DNA of 60,849 nt, counting the filler, from Streblomastix strix (Eukaryota), in NCBI GenBank assembly GCA_008636045.1. It is 3 parts of 3 records of this genome, joined end to end, with 100 filler letters (N's around TTAATTAATTAA, not from the genome) between each part and the next. Parts side by side here need not be neighbours in the genome. Positions count along the whole stretch, not along the records: positions 1 to 20,220 come from SNRW01000449.1; 2 more parts are not named here. The stretch is one strand, 5' to 3'. The position numbers and the translations under genes were made by a program. Positions 1-14,400 of the stretch are shown here, one piece after another (the stretch's first letter is position 1; the number at the start of each line of letters is the position of its first letter). The notes beneath the pieces were generated by a model that saw nothing but the letters and a program-made list of their open reading frames with translations, made no database searches and was not told where the DNA came from.

Positions 1-41
1 CTATGAACAACAATAAAAAAAGCGGTTTAAAATAAAATAAC

Positions 42-768
42 TCAATCGTATCGAATTCTTTTTCGCTCATTATGACCATCTTCTTTATCATCTTTGCTAT
101 CATTATCTTCATCCTCTTTGTCATCTTCAATATTATCTCCATCTTCAACTTTCTCATCTTCACCCTTTTGTTCTACAACAGTATCTATCAATATACAATA
201 AAAAAGTAAAAAGAAAATAATGAAAAAAATAGAAGAAATAGATGGTAAAAGATAGTAGCAAATTTAATAATCAAACCATTCATTTCTCGAATAATCATGT
301 TTGGAATAGTATCATGGATAATATAAATATGCCCGCATTACGGACATCTCATTTCTCCTTCCACAATAATAATTGTTTGAATCGCAAAAAACATAGCTTT
401 CATGAAATTATCATCTCCTTGAATATCTTATGGAGGTATGGGAGGAAGTATTGGATATTCATTTTGAATAATCTAAAAAGAAAGTAATAGAAAAATCATT
501 CAGGAAACATAAAAAAACAAAATTATAGCTAACTGACTTGTACGCTTCTAATAGTACATCATAATCGATTCTTCCTATCATTCGTTGCGTAAATATATTA
601 TCATATTCATTTTAAGATATTTCGACTTTGGTTGCTTGAAGCTGCGAGTAAGAAAATGGAATTTATTCGATAAATGAAATAAATGCAATGGTAAACTTTA
701 AGAGATCTGTGTTGGTTCATGCATGTCGGTGATACGCACTACATGATATTATGAGTAAGCAATCGCAT
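42..768 (-). CDS. TRM112: Trm112 methyltransferase activator; 4 exons (introns 642-696, 473-533, 185-276) with acidic C-terminal tail
   Basis: Table-6 spliced translation: MRLLTHNIMQCVSPTC...LQATKVEISQNEYDNIFTQRMIGRIDYDVLLEAY...EGEMRCPQCGHIYIIHDTIPNM. This matches the Trm112 N-terminal MxLLTHN and C-terminal GxxxCPxCGxxYxIxxxIPNM motifs. All three introns are GT-AG and keep frame. TGA at 42-44. Confidence 0.9.
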
Positions 769-854
769 CTCCAAAGAGCCAATACAGACTTTTCTTTCAA
801 GTTTTTCTCCATAGCTGCATTCATTTCGAATTCGAAACTAAACTCATCATCACT

Positions 855-2783
855 ATGTCAGAACCAACAATTGAAGATGTTAAAGGCGATGAAGTCCCCG
901 AACGACTTGATACAAGAGAATCACAGGAGAAAGAGAAAACGAAGAAAAGCAATAAAAAGAAAGCTGAAGCAAAAGAAAAGAAACAGCCAATACAAGAAAA
1001 AGTCAAATAAGATTAAAGCGATTCACTTTCAGACAGTGACTCCAAAGATGGTGAGCCCAGCGAATCCAGCAGCTCTGTGAGCGAGATAGAAGAGAAGAAA
1101 CCGGAACCTGTTATTTTAGCAGATGGGCGTATAGATTTGCAAGGAAACAACAATGTAGTTAAAAAAATAATATAAGAAGGTAGTGGATTATCACCAGAGA
1201 AACGAAGCAAAGTTAAAGTTCACTACACTGGAACACTTCTTGATGGAACAAAATTTGATTCTTCTGTTGATCGTGGTGAACCATTTGAGTTTGAACTTGG
1301 AGTTGGACAAGTTATTTAAGGATGGGATATCGGTGTAGCTAGCATGAAGAAAGGAGAAATATCTGATCTGACACTTGATCCTTGTGTTGCATATGGAGAA
1401 CGTGGAAGTCCACCTTCTATCCCAGCGAATGCTGTTCTTGTATTCCATGTTGAATTATTAGATTTTTAAAATGATTTAGTATCCGATGAAGAAATGATTG
1501 AAGACGCAAATTAAAATTTGGAATAAATTATACGTTATAATATTAATGAAACCTATCTTCAAACATTCTAGTTAGACGAACCTTGTGATACAATTGAATT
1601 CTGCCCACATGAAGGATTCAAAAACATTATGACAATTGGAACATATTTTCTTAATTTAACATCTAAGATTAAAACAGGAAGAATTAAAGGATATTGAATT
1701 AATGAAATAGAAGATGGTAAAATTGATGTATAAGAGATTATTAATGGTATACTTGAAGATGCTGTATTGGATTTAAAATGGGCTCCATTTTTATTAGATG
1801 ATAACAAAATAGCTGTTCTTGGTGCTGCATGTGCAAATACAGGAATTTAACTTATCGGTTTTGATTAAACATCACATTTTTCATATTTTCCATTGTCATC
1901 TCCATCAATTTCAATTCCTTCTACTACACCAAAGAGAATGTGTCTTTCACTTGATTGGAATCCATTATCTAATAATAGAAAATCAGATATTCTTACTTCA
2001 TTAGATAATAATTTAGTATCAATTGTATCTATTAATTTTATTAATAGAACTGAAAATTTAAAAGAAAAAATTGGTATTAAATCATTAATTTAAATGGAAT
2101 ATTTATGGAATGCACACGATTATGATGTATGGACTGCAATATGGGCAAATCAAAATTAATTTCCTGGATTAGTTATTACTGGAGCAGATGATTGTAAATT
2201 AAAGATTTGGGACATAAGATTAATAGATTGTGCTTCTTAAAACAAAATCTCTGAAGAAAGAAAGTCAAAAGAAGATATTGAAATGGACCAGATAAGCAAA
2301 CCACTTCCTGTAATGCAAAACACAAATACTCATCCATCAGGTGTGACATCTCTTTCTCTCCATCCAATAAATGAGAATTTGTTTCTATCGGGTTGTTTCG
2401 ATGAAAAGATCAGATTATGGGACATGCGCAACATTCGTGATCCTATTTGGTCATATAAAGCGAGAGATGGAGTGTGGAGGATGAAATGGATAAATGAAGA
2501 TAAATATCAATCTGATTGTAGAAAGGGATTTAAATAGGATAATGATCTCTACCTCATGGCAGCATGCACTCACAGTGGATCTGCTTCTATTCTCTACTTC
2601 AATAACAACGCTGCTGTTAATCCACCAATAGAATTATATGCACATGAAGGACATAAATCTATGACTTATGGATGTGATTGGATGAGAAAATAATAAAATA
2701 TAAATAATGGTGGTATAAGAGGAAGTATTTTTGCATCATCTGGTTTCTACGACTGCTCACTTCATATCTGGAAGATTTAATGA
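855..2783 (+). CDS. FKBP-type peptidyl-prolyl isomerase fused to a DPH7/WDR85 (diphthine methylesterase) WD40 domain; one in-frame TGA at 1695-1697
   Basis: ATG 855, charged N-terminus, then FKBP domain [50 protein letters not shown]...[24 protein letters not shown] (~1210-1465). The same frame continues into DPH7 motifs [85 protein letters not shown]. Stop TGA 2781-2783. Confidence 0.85.
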
Positions 2784-2926
2784 GTTAATAATAAACTTTA
2801 TTTAAGTTTTATTTATTTATTGAAATTTATCAACTGTGTTATACTGTAGCAGTTATGAAAAAATTGAAGTGGAAAAGGAGATATTTTGAATTGAATGTGC
2901 AAATATCAACAATTTTCAGGTTTTGA

Positions 2927-4886
2927 TCACTAATTGTTATGCAACATAATTTATATCTTCTGATCGATAATTGCGATTGCTTATTGTAGCTGCTGCGATG
3001 TTGCCTGTGAGATGTCGTTGATTGCTCGAATTTATGACTCGCCACAGGAATTTATGTACTCTCCAACAGTCATATTTTCTGCCTTAGTTAAATCAATTGG
3101 ATCTCGCTCCATTCTAAAAAGCTATTTATAAACAAATAAATTATTATTAAACTTAATTGAGCATAAATTTACATTTTTTTAAAAAAAAAGTTTTATTATG
3201 GAAAATATTCAGCGACATTTAAATTACTTTTATTTAAAATTAGATAAAATTATGCAATAATATTGAATAATTACATTAAAATGTATTATTTGTATTTGCT
3301 GGTGTTCTCGGCACAATTTTATTAGATAATTCGTTTTCTTTGCATAAAGCAAGTATTTTGGAAAATCATAATAAAAATTGAGTAAGTCTACATAAACTAC
3401 ATTATAAAGTAATTGTATTTAAATTAATTAAATAGTAATACAGTTCAATTATCAAGGATCTTTTTCTTTATTTTTTACAGAAATTGTTTCACTAACAGGT
3501 TAAGATGTATTTTTCGATTATTCATTAATAATATCGCTTTATGGTCCACTTGGTACACGAACAAATATTAATCTACCATCAATACTGGCCCCCATCACAA
3601 ACATATCTTGTCCAATCCCCCATTTCATTTCTACTATCAGTGAATTTGACTTTGCACTCGTTATCGGTACCTAAATATTATGATAAGAAAATAATTCATC
3701 AAATTATACCAGAAAATTAATAGTGATTAAACCATTTATATAGACGAGTATATTAGAAGAGAGTTTTATGTTCCAATTGCAAATAAATACATAGATTTTG
3801 CATAAGGAAATGTTGACTTTTTCCTCATTTCTTTTGAAGTCAAAGGATATATTTGTGGGCAAAATATTGCGGAGATTGACGTTTCTCCTTTTGGTAATAT
3901 TATTGTGGCTAATACACTGATGAAAACAGATGATAAAGAAAATAGTATATAAAAATAATAAATGATTTAACTATATATTATCAAACTTTTCTAAGCTTTA
4001 ATCCATTAAAAGAGTGCATCCTTCATTATTCCAAGGAGATTTAGAAGAAGGGCATAAATAATATAATCCATCTGGTGATAGAGCACCACGAATCTAAAAT
4101 CCATTCTCTACAAAAAAATTCATCTTTTCTCTTTCCTTTGAGTCGATCTTACTTATCTCATTATCATCCAATGAAACACGATTACCAAAACATGATATAA
4201 TCTGTTATTAGCTCTGAGAGATCTCAGGATCAATTGAGACCAGACACGTAGAGCATCTTGCAATAAGAAGCCCATTACGTGGATTCAAACAAAGTGAAAA
4301 TACAACTGACAAATTGCATTCACTTCCAATTTTACTGAACGATTCATTACTACCAATCTTCCAAATGTAGATCATTTCATCCGTACCACCACTTATTATA
4401 GTTGAATTGTCCTTCCAACATATATCACAACAATGCTCCTCCATTTTGAGCTCCTTTTCTGTCTTTTAATCTGTTTCTGAACTTGTTTTCTTCTTACCAG
4501 TTTGATCAGCAAGTTTTACTTTAAATTTCTTCAGTCCTTGATGTAATCTGAAACGAATAAAATAAATAATAAAGTATCCAAAATTGAGTTTATTCATACT
4601 TTCGTTCAGCAATTCTCTCACCCTTCATATTCACAACTCTAACATCACCCCCTACAAGTCCAAGTGCGAGAAGCTCACCATTAGGAGAAAAGCGGATGGC
4701 GTTTACAACCCTTTATGCATTGTATGTCATCAAACGCTAAAGAGTTGAGGATTGCAATCTATAAACTTCACAAAATCCATTCTCACCACCAACAGCAACA
4801 ATATCTGAGCCATGCAAATCGCATGAAAATATTGAACTGCATTTTAATTGAGTAGTGAACGTTGCAACACGATTATTTATAGTCAT
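2927..4886 (-). CDS. WD40-repeat protein, CAF-1 p60 (CHAF1B)/HIRA-like; multi-exon, 3' exon structure uncertain
   Basis: MTINNRVATF...IFSCDLHGSDIVAVGG, VVNAIRFSPNGELLALG, EEHCCDICWKDNSTIISGGTDEMIYIW, RGALSPDG, GASIDG resemble the CAF1B/HIRA WD blades. There is an apparent 1-nt frameshift at a G/C homopolymer near 4710. The last exon (MERDPIDL...) may belong to a separate small gene. Confidence 0.6.
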
Positions 4887-5459
4887 TTATTTGATTACTG
4901 TGTATCAGAAAATGTAAAAAACGAAATATTGATAACTATCACTATAGTGAAAAAAATTGGTATGGAAATAAAAATGATTTGTTATTCTTGCGCTTGACGT
5001 ACATTTCATTATTTATCGATATTTTGATTTTAAATTAATATAATTATATTTTGCATCTATTTCATAATAAAATAATTATGAATATCGACGTTTGTGTTCT
5101 AAAATCGACTTTTATATTTTTGTTTAGCTTTGTGGCATTATTTTGGCTGTAAATTTAGTTTAAATTTGATAAAAATAGTTAAAAATATATAGTTTTGTAT
5201 ATGTTTATAACGATAAAAAATATTTGAATAACTTTGAGATTGCCCCAGGTTTCAGAAATCGCACAAAATGTAAATTTATATTTTCTTGCCACCTGCAATA
5301 CTAAAGTGGAAATAAAAAATGAAATTCTATAAAGTTCTTAAGGCCGAATAATTTAATGTTGTGCCAAAAGGCACTTTGTATAATAGATGTGAAATGAACC
5401 TGATATCCAATAAATACATAGTAATAAAAAAATGAATACCAATTCAATAAACATAGATA

Positions 5460-8400
5460 TCAGGCAGAAATTTTAAGCTAGTCGTATAAAGATTTAAGCC
5501 AATTGCTACGTGGAAATTGTCTACTGATATTTTATCCCTAAGGGCCACTCACATCTGGAGTCGCATCTGGCTCATCTCCTGTGCGTTAGCTGGTAATGAG
5601 GCCACCCCACCAGCATTGAACGTGCCAGTTTTTGCGATCCAGCTGCTCATCTGTCCATTTAGCAGCCTCATGTGACAGAGACGTGTCCGATACAGCTCTT
5701 TTGATAAATGATGTGGTGATGAACTTATCGAATTTTGGATCGCCAAATGTTATAGTGCGGGTGTTAGCAGGCATATCAGCATCAGAGAAGAGAGGTGTTG
5801 ATTTTGGTCTTTATAGGCCATAAAAATTAAGAGAGCTTAGAACTGTACTGAAAGTACATCTCTGGAGTACAGATATTAGTGTACCCAATACAGCTTATGT
5901 CATAAATCTTTTCTTCTCCAATACGTGTCGCTTCCCCACAACTTACTTCTAATTCTATGTATGATTGGCAGCTTATCTTTCTTTCTCCCTTTCCCTTCTT
6001 TTCTCTTATACCCATTCTTTGGATCTAAAATGGTCACGCTATAATTCTTATGAATCTTCAACTTCACGATCAAAATCATGCAAATATCCATCTTACTCTC
6101 CACCTTTCTTATCTAAAGGCTATAATTCCATTTCTTTCTCAAATATCATCCTGCGTTTCTCATTGTATGATTGAGCTACACGTGGAACACATAATGCTCT
6201 ATCTGACCATCCATAATTAATAGAACTATATGGACATAGAATATCCTGCGCTCTTTATGCAAAACAGCAACACATCATTGCATCTGCAAAGACATGTGTC
6301 AAATCAATGGGGTTTGCTTAATATGAAGTATATGGAGCCTGAGTCTATTATGTAATTCCATATTTCCTTTAGAAGCTCTAAACTGGAGAGAGGACTAAAC
6401 GATGGAGGAAGTTAATTAGTCTTATAGATGCATTACCAAATCTAATTTTAGTGCTATCAACAACAGTCAGTTATGGGAATTGGGATTCACTTCTACTTCC
6501 TCCAGACACTATAATGAATTTAGAGTTAATAAATAGAGGAGCACTTATGCTATTAAAATAAGCACTATAATTACTGCTCTCTCCACTTGTACTACTATTA
6601 GTACTTGTTCTGCTGAATCCAGTCATATGACTATGGGGTCTATCAATTTCATCTCTGCTTCCTGATTAAGGAGATGTAACTGTAGATACAAAACTTGCTG
6701 GTGAAGTTGCTTTAGTGATTTAATTTGGTTTTGGTCCAATTGAGATCGGTTGGGTGGATTGTGGAAGTGAAATCTATTTAGGAGCTGAGTTTGGGTTAGT
6801 CTGAGGATGAGCATTCTTTGGTGTTTTAGGAGTTCTTAGTGAAGTGGATTGTTATTAATCAGTGAATGAAACTTAATTAACAGCTTTTTGGAATCCAGGA
6901 GAATAAGATGAAGGAAGAGATGATACTTGAGACACTATTGATGATGGTTGTGATGCACCTGGTGTTTCTATTCTCACAAAATTCTTCCTAACAATCTGCA
7001 TCATATTGTATTACTCAGTAGCAATTACATTCAGTATAAGTGTAATAAACCTTACAAGAATAGCCATTATAAAAGAAGAAACTACTGGTTTGGGAGATGA
7101 TGTTGGTTTTTATTCTAATTTACTATAACAACCATGTGCTATAATAGAATATAATGCGCTATCAATAATATTCTCAAACACTCCTACAGCATCTATACTT
7201 ACACATCCAAAGAAGAATTTCCTAATTAATGAGACACCACGAGCAACATGACTACCAATTAATGAGCTTGTTATATCTTCTGTGCTGTTGGATGCAGTTG
7301 ATACTTTTGATAGAGCCGATTAATGAGCTGATTCTCTTGTAAGTCTTGATGATACTGATTATAACTGAATTTTATTCCTTTCATCTGAATCTTAGTAATC
7401 CTATTATTAATATTTCCTTTTCTGAGCCAATCTGTGAATATGACCCAAATGAACCAACTTTTATATTTCTTCATCCTTCCTTGCATTATATGGAGGAACA
7501 ATAGGAGGTCTGGTCAATGCATTAGATGAATGTTTAGCAATGAGACTTCCTCCAGTAGTTGTCTTAGCTGTGATACTCTAAGGAGTGTTGGCTCTTGGAG
7601 ACATTGGATAAGGATGACGTGCCCTTATATCACTGACATTAGACATGTATGTTAACATTGTCTGGGATTTCCCTGTTTATCCAGAAACACCAGAAGGTCC
7701 TGATGAAGTTGATCCCAAAGAAGTAGTTGATCTGGCTGATTTAAATGATGCATTAGATCCTTAAGACTCAAATGACTCTAATGAAGATACAGATGATCTT
7801 TCAGTTATCTAATCAGTATATAATAAATCATTCACTTCATCAACACTTGCTGTACTATTAACACTCGCTGTTGTAGAGAAATGATCAATATGTATCTTAC
7901 TATGACCAGTTCCAGGAGTAGAATCTGAACTATTTCCCATCAATGGTGAAAGGAATTCAATTTCATCTGCATTTAGCTTATCAGTTGATGAAGTACTATT
8001 TGTGCTCGGAGATAATAAATTACTTTTAGATCTTCCAATCTATTTGAATGTTACTACAAATTTGGCATCACTATCATTTGGTTTATTTTTATTAGCATCA
8101 TCTATTTCTTTATCAAAATCAATCTTCTAAGCAAATTCATTTTCATCAAATTCCCCATCATCAACATCCTCCTCATCTTCATCATCCCATTATTCATCTT
8201 CATTACTTTCTTCTTCTTATTATAACACTTATGGTTCTTCTTATTATGGAGGAGCAGTAACATCATCAGCTGATGGATCACTGCTATCATATAAATTAGT
8301 TTATACTGTTTCTATTCCTTTAATTAATCCTTTCTCATCTCCACTTACTCTTATTCTTCCTCCTCTTCCTCTTATTCCATATCCTTGTCTTAGTCTGGTT

Positions 8401-11400
8401 CCTCGTCCAATACTCTTTCTTTAATCTTTATCATTTTATTCCAATGCATATGCACTGCTCTCAGATGCTGATTATTCATATACACGATTAGCTCTCGTAA
8501 TTTAACCTTCTTTATATTAGTCAGATTCATATTCATTATCATATTCTTTCCTTGATTAAGGAATTATTTATCCATTTTTGTCTCTAAATCGTTTCATCTT
8601 TGATTATTTGCCTTACAAATCACTTGATTCTCTACGATTAAGTTATTTATATCTCTTATTAACATCTATTTCTCTTTTCTCTGAATAATCCCCTTATTAA
8701 GCATCTTAATCTTTAGGATGTTTTGTATATTATTACACTTACTTCATTTATTCTATTTTCCTTCTTTCTTAATCATATCTTTTCTTCTTAGATTCAAATG
8801 CATGAATGCGACTTGTTTCCATTGCATTACGATCAAGTGATTCTTCCCATTCCATCTCATAACACAGCATATTTATGAACTTATAAGCCAAAATGGGACA
8901 TCTTCTTAAAATCCAACCAAGTTCATATCCCCATCTTAATAAATGAGGATGTGCTTAGAAGTGGGAATATGTATGAAGTAAGAATCTTACCCATGTTAAG
9001 AATAACTTCTCATAATCTTCTTAATTAATAACAAATGCTGATGCTGGTTTAATTGTTTCTTATTTTGTATTTATATTCTATTTGGGAGTTGTCATGTATG
9101 TCTATAATATCTGTGGTAAGGTGTTAACAGCAGATTGTATCATCTCTGTTGATGGAGTAAAAGTTATCTTATCAAAAGTGAAGATACTTCCTTTATCAAA
9201 TTGTATTAAACAAGATCCTTATTATCTGAACACTTAATGTTTCAATATCAAAGCAAGAATTTATTTCTCTTATGTATCTGGTTTCTTGTCTTATTTATAC
9301 TTCATAATCTTCGTTTATTCTATTCTATCTTTCAATGAATTACTTTCACTGAATAAATTAAAAGCAGTTTCTTCAAATATTTTACGTATAAGCCATGTAT
9401 GGTTGAGATTGAACACCTGAGGTTGTCTAATTAGCATAAGTGCAGCACTTGGCTTAAAAGCAGATATGTTAACTAAAGCAAAACAAGAAAGTTGAGTAGG
9501 CAAAGATTATGTTTATATGCCTGGAGTTGAATTTAAAGAGACTTAATTATGATCTGATTCATTAAGAACAGTATTTTAAAAGAATTTACTGGGTGATTTG
9601 GATGATGGTCTCTAATCTTCTGATGAAATTGGTGTGTGAGATTAAATTGGATTTGTAATTAATTTAGATGGTTCAGATGAAGGTGTAAGGGGTGGTGTTT
9701 GATCAAATAGTTGTGAATGTTATGAATCAGTTGATGAGGATTATTAAGCAGCATTATTTTATAATGGCTAAGGCTATTATTGATTATGCATTTATGATAC
9801 ATGTGTATTTGTTGTCTATAAATTGGAATGAGTTAAAGAGGGAAGAGAAGTAAATGAATTTGGAGTTGATGAATTTGGTACTTAAGGTGAATCTTATTAT
9901 ACAGCAGTTTTAGATTAAGGTGATTATTATAATTATTATTATAAATATCCAAATAATTATGTTTATTATCCTCCAATTTGTGAAGTGGGCTATTATACAG
10001 GAAGTGACACATCTTCTTTTTCAGTCCAATCATCAAGTGGGTGGATTCGTTCATATATTAACATATATGCAGAACAATTCTCCACAAAATTTTATGGTTC
10101 TTTTTCTTTCTCTTTTTCTTTTAATTTATCTTTTTCTTTCTCTTTCTCTTTATCTTTCTCTTTCTCTTTATCTTTTTTAGAATCTTTTTCTTTCTTTCCA
10201 TCTTTATCTTTTACTCCACCAAAACAATATAAAGGAATTAAGAATTAAGGATTGTTCAATTCTCCAACAATGTGATCATTGAACATAATCCATCGATGTG
10301 GAGGAGTACGCTCTCTAACAAGTGAGAAGTAATGACCTCTATCGATTGATCCAACGTGACAAACAACACCAACCAATCTGTATTTATAATAATCTGTTGT
10401 ACGAGATCGATCTGCAAAACATTTCGCTCTTATTTTAGGCTAATTTCTTCTTCCATATCCAATGTGATTATTAAGATTAGGATTTCCATTCTATACCATC
10501 ATTATATTATTAACTAATCTTTCATATTTCTCTCTTTCACTTCCCATCCTTCTTTCTTATTCAAATATAGCTTCACTCATAAATTCAGTCATATCTAAGA
10601 AAGGTTCATCTTCAATCTCATTATTAGATGAATCAATTATATCTTCTTCTTCCTCTTCATTTTCATCTTAGTTAATATCCAATTCATTCAAGCCTTATCC
10701 TCTTCCATTCATTCTACTTGTTAATTAAACTCTGTCACTCTAACTCTCCAATCCAGAATCTTATTAATTATCTTCTCTATTATAATTCCTTTATTTATAT
10801 CCAATAGGAAATTCAAATCTGTCATTCACTTTTAATCTCTGCATATTAACTTAATCAAAATCAAATCTAGACAATTAGAATACAAGAGTGTTTGGAAGAT
10901 CATGAAGAAGGATTCTTTTAATAAGTGGGCTGGTCTATTTATTTGAAGCTTAAATACAAGTTGGGCATTTGATTCCTTCTAACAATTCACCCAAGCTCTG
11001 ATTTCTAAGTGATTCATGAAGATTCTTACTTCCTTTCATGTTAATATTCAATGAGAGGAATCTCTGAGGAGAAGTATCAATATGTCCATCTGAGCATATT
11101 AACTAGGATAGAGTCATTCCTTAGAATAGGGATCTAACTATATTTGGTACTCCACACTAATCCAAATGCTATTCTAATGTATCTGTTATAGATTCATAAA
11201 ACTCAAATAGATCTTCTTATCTTTTAATATCAGCAGCTGCTCCATCTAATCTTCTGTATATCTTCAGGAATTAATCCAATAGAACTGAACCAGCCAAAGA
11301 CACTCTTTCTTATCTTTCATCTTCTGCTGCTGCTTTTAATCCTTCTTATTGAGAATGATCAGTTGTTGATGGTGGTATTTATTATTATGAAGCTGATGAA

Positions 11401-14400
11401 TAAGCAGTTATACTTGCTAATATTTGAGATGATATTTATGGTGGAGTCATCAATTGAATGAAAAGTCCTCTTAAAGCTCCCCAAATATATTCAAGATATA
11501 TTGATCGATCTCTTGTTAATGGTTATCCAAATTATTTTGTACATTTTGATTCAAAGTTTCGTAAATCAGTTGAGAACCATGGTTGTGTTATTGAAGTAGT
11601 TATTGCAGCTGTAATCGGACTGTGAGTGGCTGATGTAAAGTTTGGAACAAAATTATCTTACCCAATTTTACCACTTTCATTTGATTTAGTCATTTGCCCA
11701 ACGCCTTAATTTGCGCTTGAGTTACTATTCTTAGATGAATTTGTTGTAGATGTTGCTTGAGATGTATTAGTGATATTTGAATGTGATGTTATAGTCAAAT
11801 TATCAACAAACAAACTACTATAACTCATATTTCCACTTTATAAACTATCTTATTCACTATCCAAATCTTACCTACTTGTTCTTTCTAATAATGAAATAGT
11901 CTAACTGTTGCTTCTGATATGTTCTGCATTTCTTTATATTGATACTACAGGAATTATTGACTGTTAATGTGATTGTGATAAACTTTACTTATGACCATCC
12001 CACTACAAAACCATCTCTCTGAATTATTAATGCATAAATAATTGTTGTATTAATGATATTATATAGCATAACATTGATGGGTTTCTTATTCCTCTATATG
12101 TCTGAGGGTTTTATCCAAATGGAAATGGGGAGTTGAATAAAGATTGAGTTAGTGAATGAAAATGAGATCTATACCCACTAAGTGATTATGAAACAGATTA
12201 TGTATAAGGACGAGGGTTAGTTAGAGATCTCTTTTATATCTGAATTGGAATAGGAACAGGAGATGGACTAAGTGGAGATACTTATAATGGATGATTATAA
12301 TGAGAGTGTTATTGATTTAATGATCCTTTTATTTCATGTTATTCAATTGCTCCATAATAACAACAGAATCCACCAACACATCTAATGGCTCCGCACATTC
12401 CTGTTGTTTCTCCAAAACTGGATGATTGTGCGATTATCTTATCAATAAAATCACTGAATAAAGCAACAGGCATATTCTATTCTAATATATCAACATTATT
12501 CATTCTTTTCCCTTTATCCAATTATCCTTATATTTATCCTTATCCTTAGAATAATTCAGAGTACAGATCTAAATATGCACTACGAGGTACAGCAGAAGGA
12601 ACATCTTATCCATTCCTTGTATGCAAGAAATGAGTTGATATGTATAAGTGTCTCAACTTACTCAGCATATGCTAATCTCCAAATGAATTTCTCAATCCGA
12701 CAATTCCAAATGGAACTCCTCCAGCTCCAAATACAATGTGCGGCTTAACTACTTTCTGAAGAAGATCTGGGAATGTTTACTCTGATATCATTCCTTTCTC
12801 AATATCTGGATTATTTCCAGTAATAAATTGATTGAAAGTGTTATTATTGATTAAACTGTCTTGTGAAATGTGTCTTGAATGCACCTTATTGACCATTTTG
12901 GGTGAAGAAAAAATATTACTACCTCTAAATGGATGCTAAGCTAATTGTAATTAATTAACAGATGAAAAAGAAGACCTTCGTGTATGAACTGATGTATTAA
13001 TACTAGTATTTGGTGTTGTATTAGTTGATGAGAAGTCATAAGAAGGATCAGGAACAAATGGAAGTTCATTAATTCGAGTAGAGAAACATCTTTTTGTTTC
13101 TTCATTAATTGTTTCACTCACCAAAGAAATAAGTTCAGTCATGTTTTCTGTACAATCCACAACTAATTCATAAAGTAAGTTGAAGAATAATCTTATAAGG
13201 AATACAAGTGAATTTCTTCTTCTTTTTGCATGTTATTCTGCCCACTGGTATATTTTCATATTTTATTCATATTATCTTATTATCGCAGTGTCATGACTAT
13301 CATCTCCTTCATTCTTAATAACTTTTCCAAAATCTTTTTCTTTGAATATATTCCTTTACTTAAAATGAGGCAATGTCACCCCATAATTAGATTAGTATGG
13401 CAATGCTTATAATTCCATATATAAGTTTCCTTCTGGATATGCTATGAATGCCCATTCACGTTATAGTTCATCAATGGCTCTGTTTATTTCTAACTGTGAT
13501 ATATTATCTTATGGTTTCTATTTTGTATTTGCTTTTTATGCACTTTTTAATGTCTATTTAGTTTATGGTGGTGGTTATTATGTAATTTAAGGTGCAATTG
13601 CAGTAGATGATGAAGATGATGATTATGATTATGATAATGATGAATTAGATTATGATGAATTAGATTATGATGCATTAGATTATGAAGATGTAGAAGATAC
13701 AACTGTTACAACAGATGAACCTGAACTTGTTCCACCAATAACAATTGATTATTATCCTTATGATTAAGATGCTTATACAGTTGATCGAGTAATCTATTAA
13801 CTTAGAGGCTGAGTAACAATTGCAGCAAATGCAGCAACTTCAGCTTAATCCTTCAAAATCTTCCCATCTTTCTCCAATGAAGATGCTTTTTATGCTCTAT
13901 ATCTCAAAGTATGCCTAGGTGGAATATATGGAGGTTGAGGTGGTAATGATATAAGATAGTTGGTATATATGAGTGTAATTAATTGGAGAACTTTCTTACC
14001 AATTGTAGCTTTTATATCTTTAACTTCTTCTAATGTCAAAAACCAAGCTTTTCCTTTAATAAACACATCTCTTGCAAGTCTTTGTCTAATTCTTTCAATT
14101 TGTAAAGCATCATCTATTTATTTTTATTTCTATTAACCTTTACTTCCAGATCTCGTCCTTGTTCTCTTTCTTTCAGATTATCCACTTCTCCTTCTTTTTC
14201 TTCTAATTTCTTTCTTTTCACTTAAAATAACTTCTTTTAACTCATCTTCATCTTTAATCCCCTTCTTTGATATATTTAACTAATCTTAAGATCTGGGCGT
14301 TTCTTATCCTTTTTCTTTCTTTTGTGGTTTCGATTTATCGATTTCTTTATCTTTCTTATCCTTATCTTTATCTTTATCCTTATCTTTATCAGTTATTTTC

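Noticed and set aside
4700..4725. Frameshift in the WD40 gene as programmed frameshifting
   Set aside because: It lies at a short homopolymer with no slippery heptamer or structure; a sequencing or assembly error is more likely.
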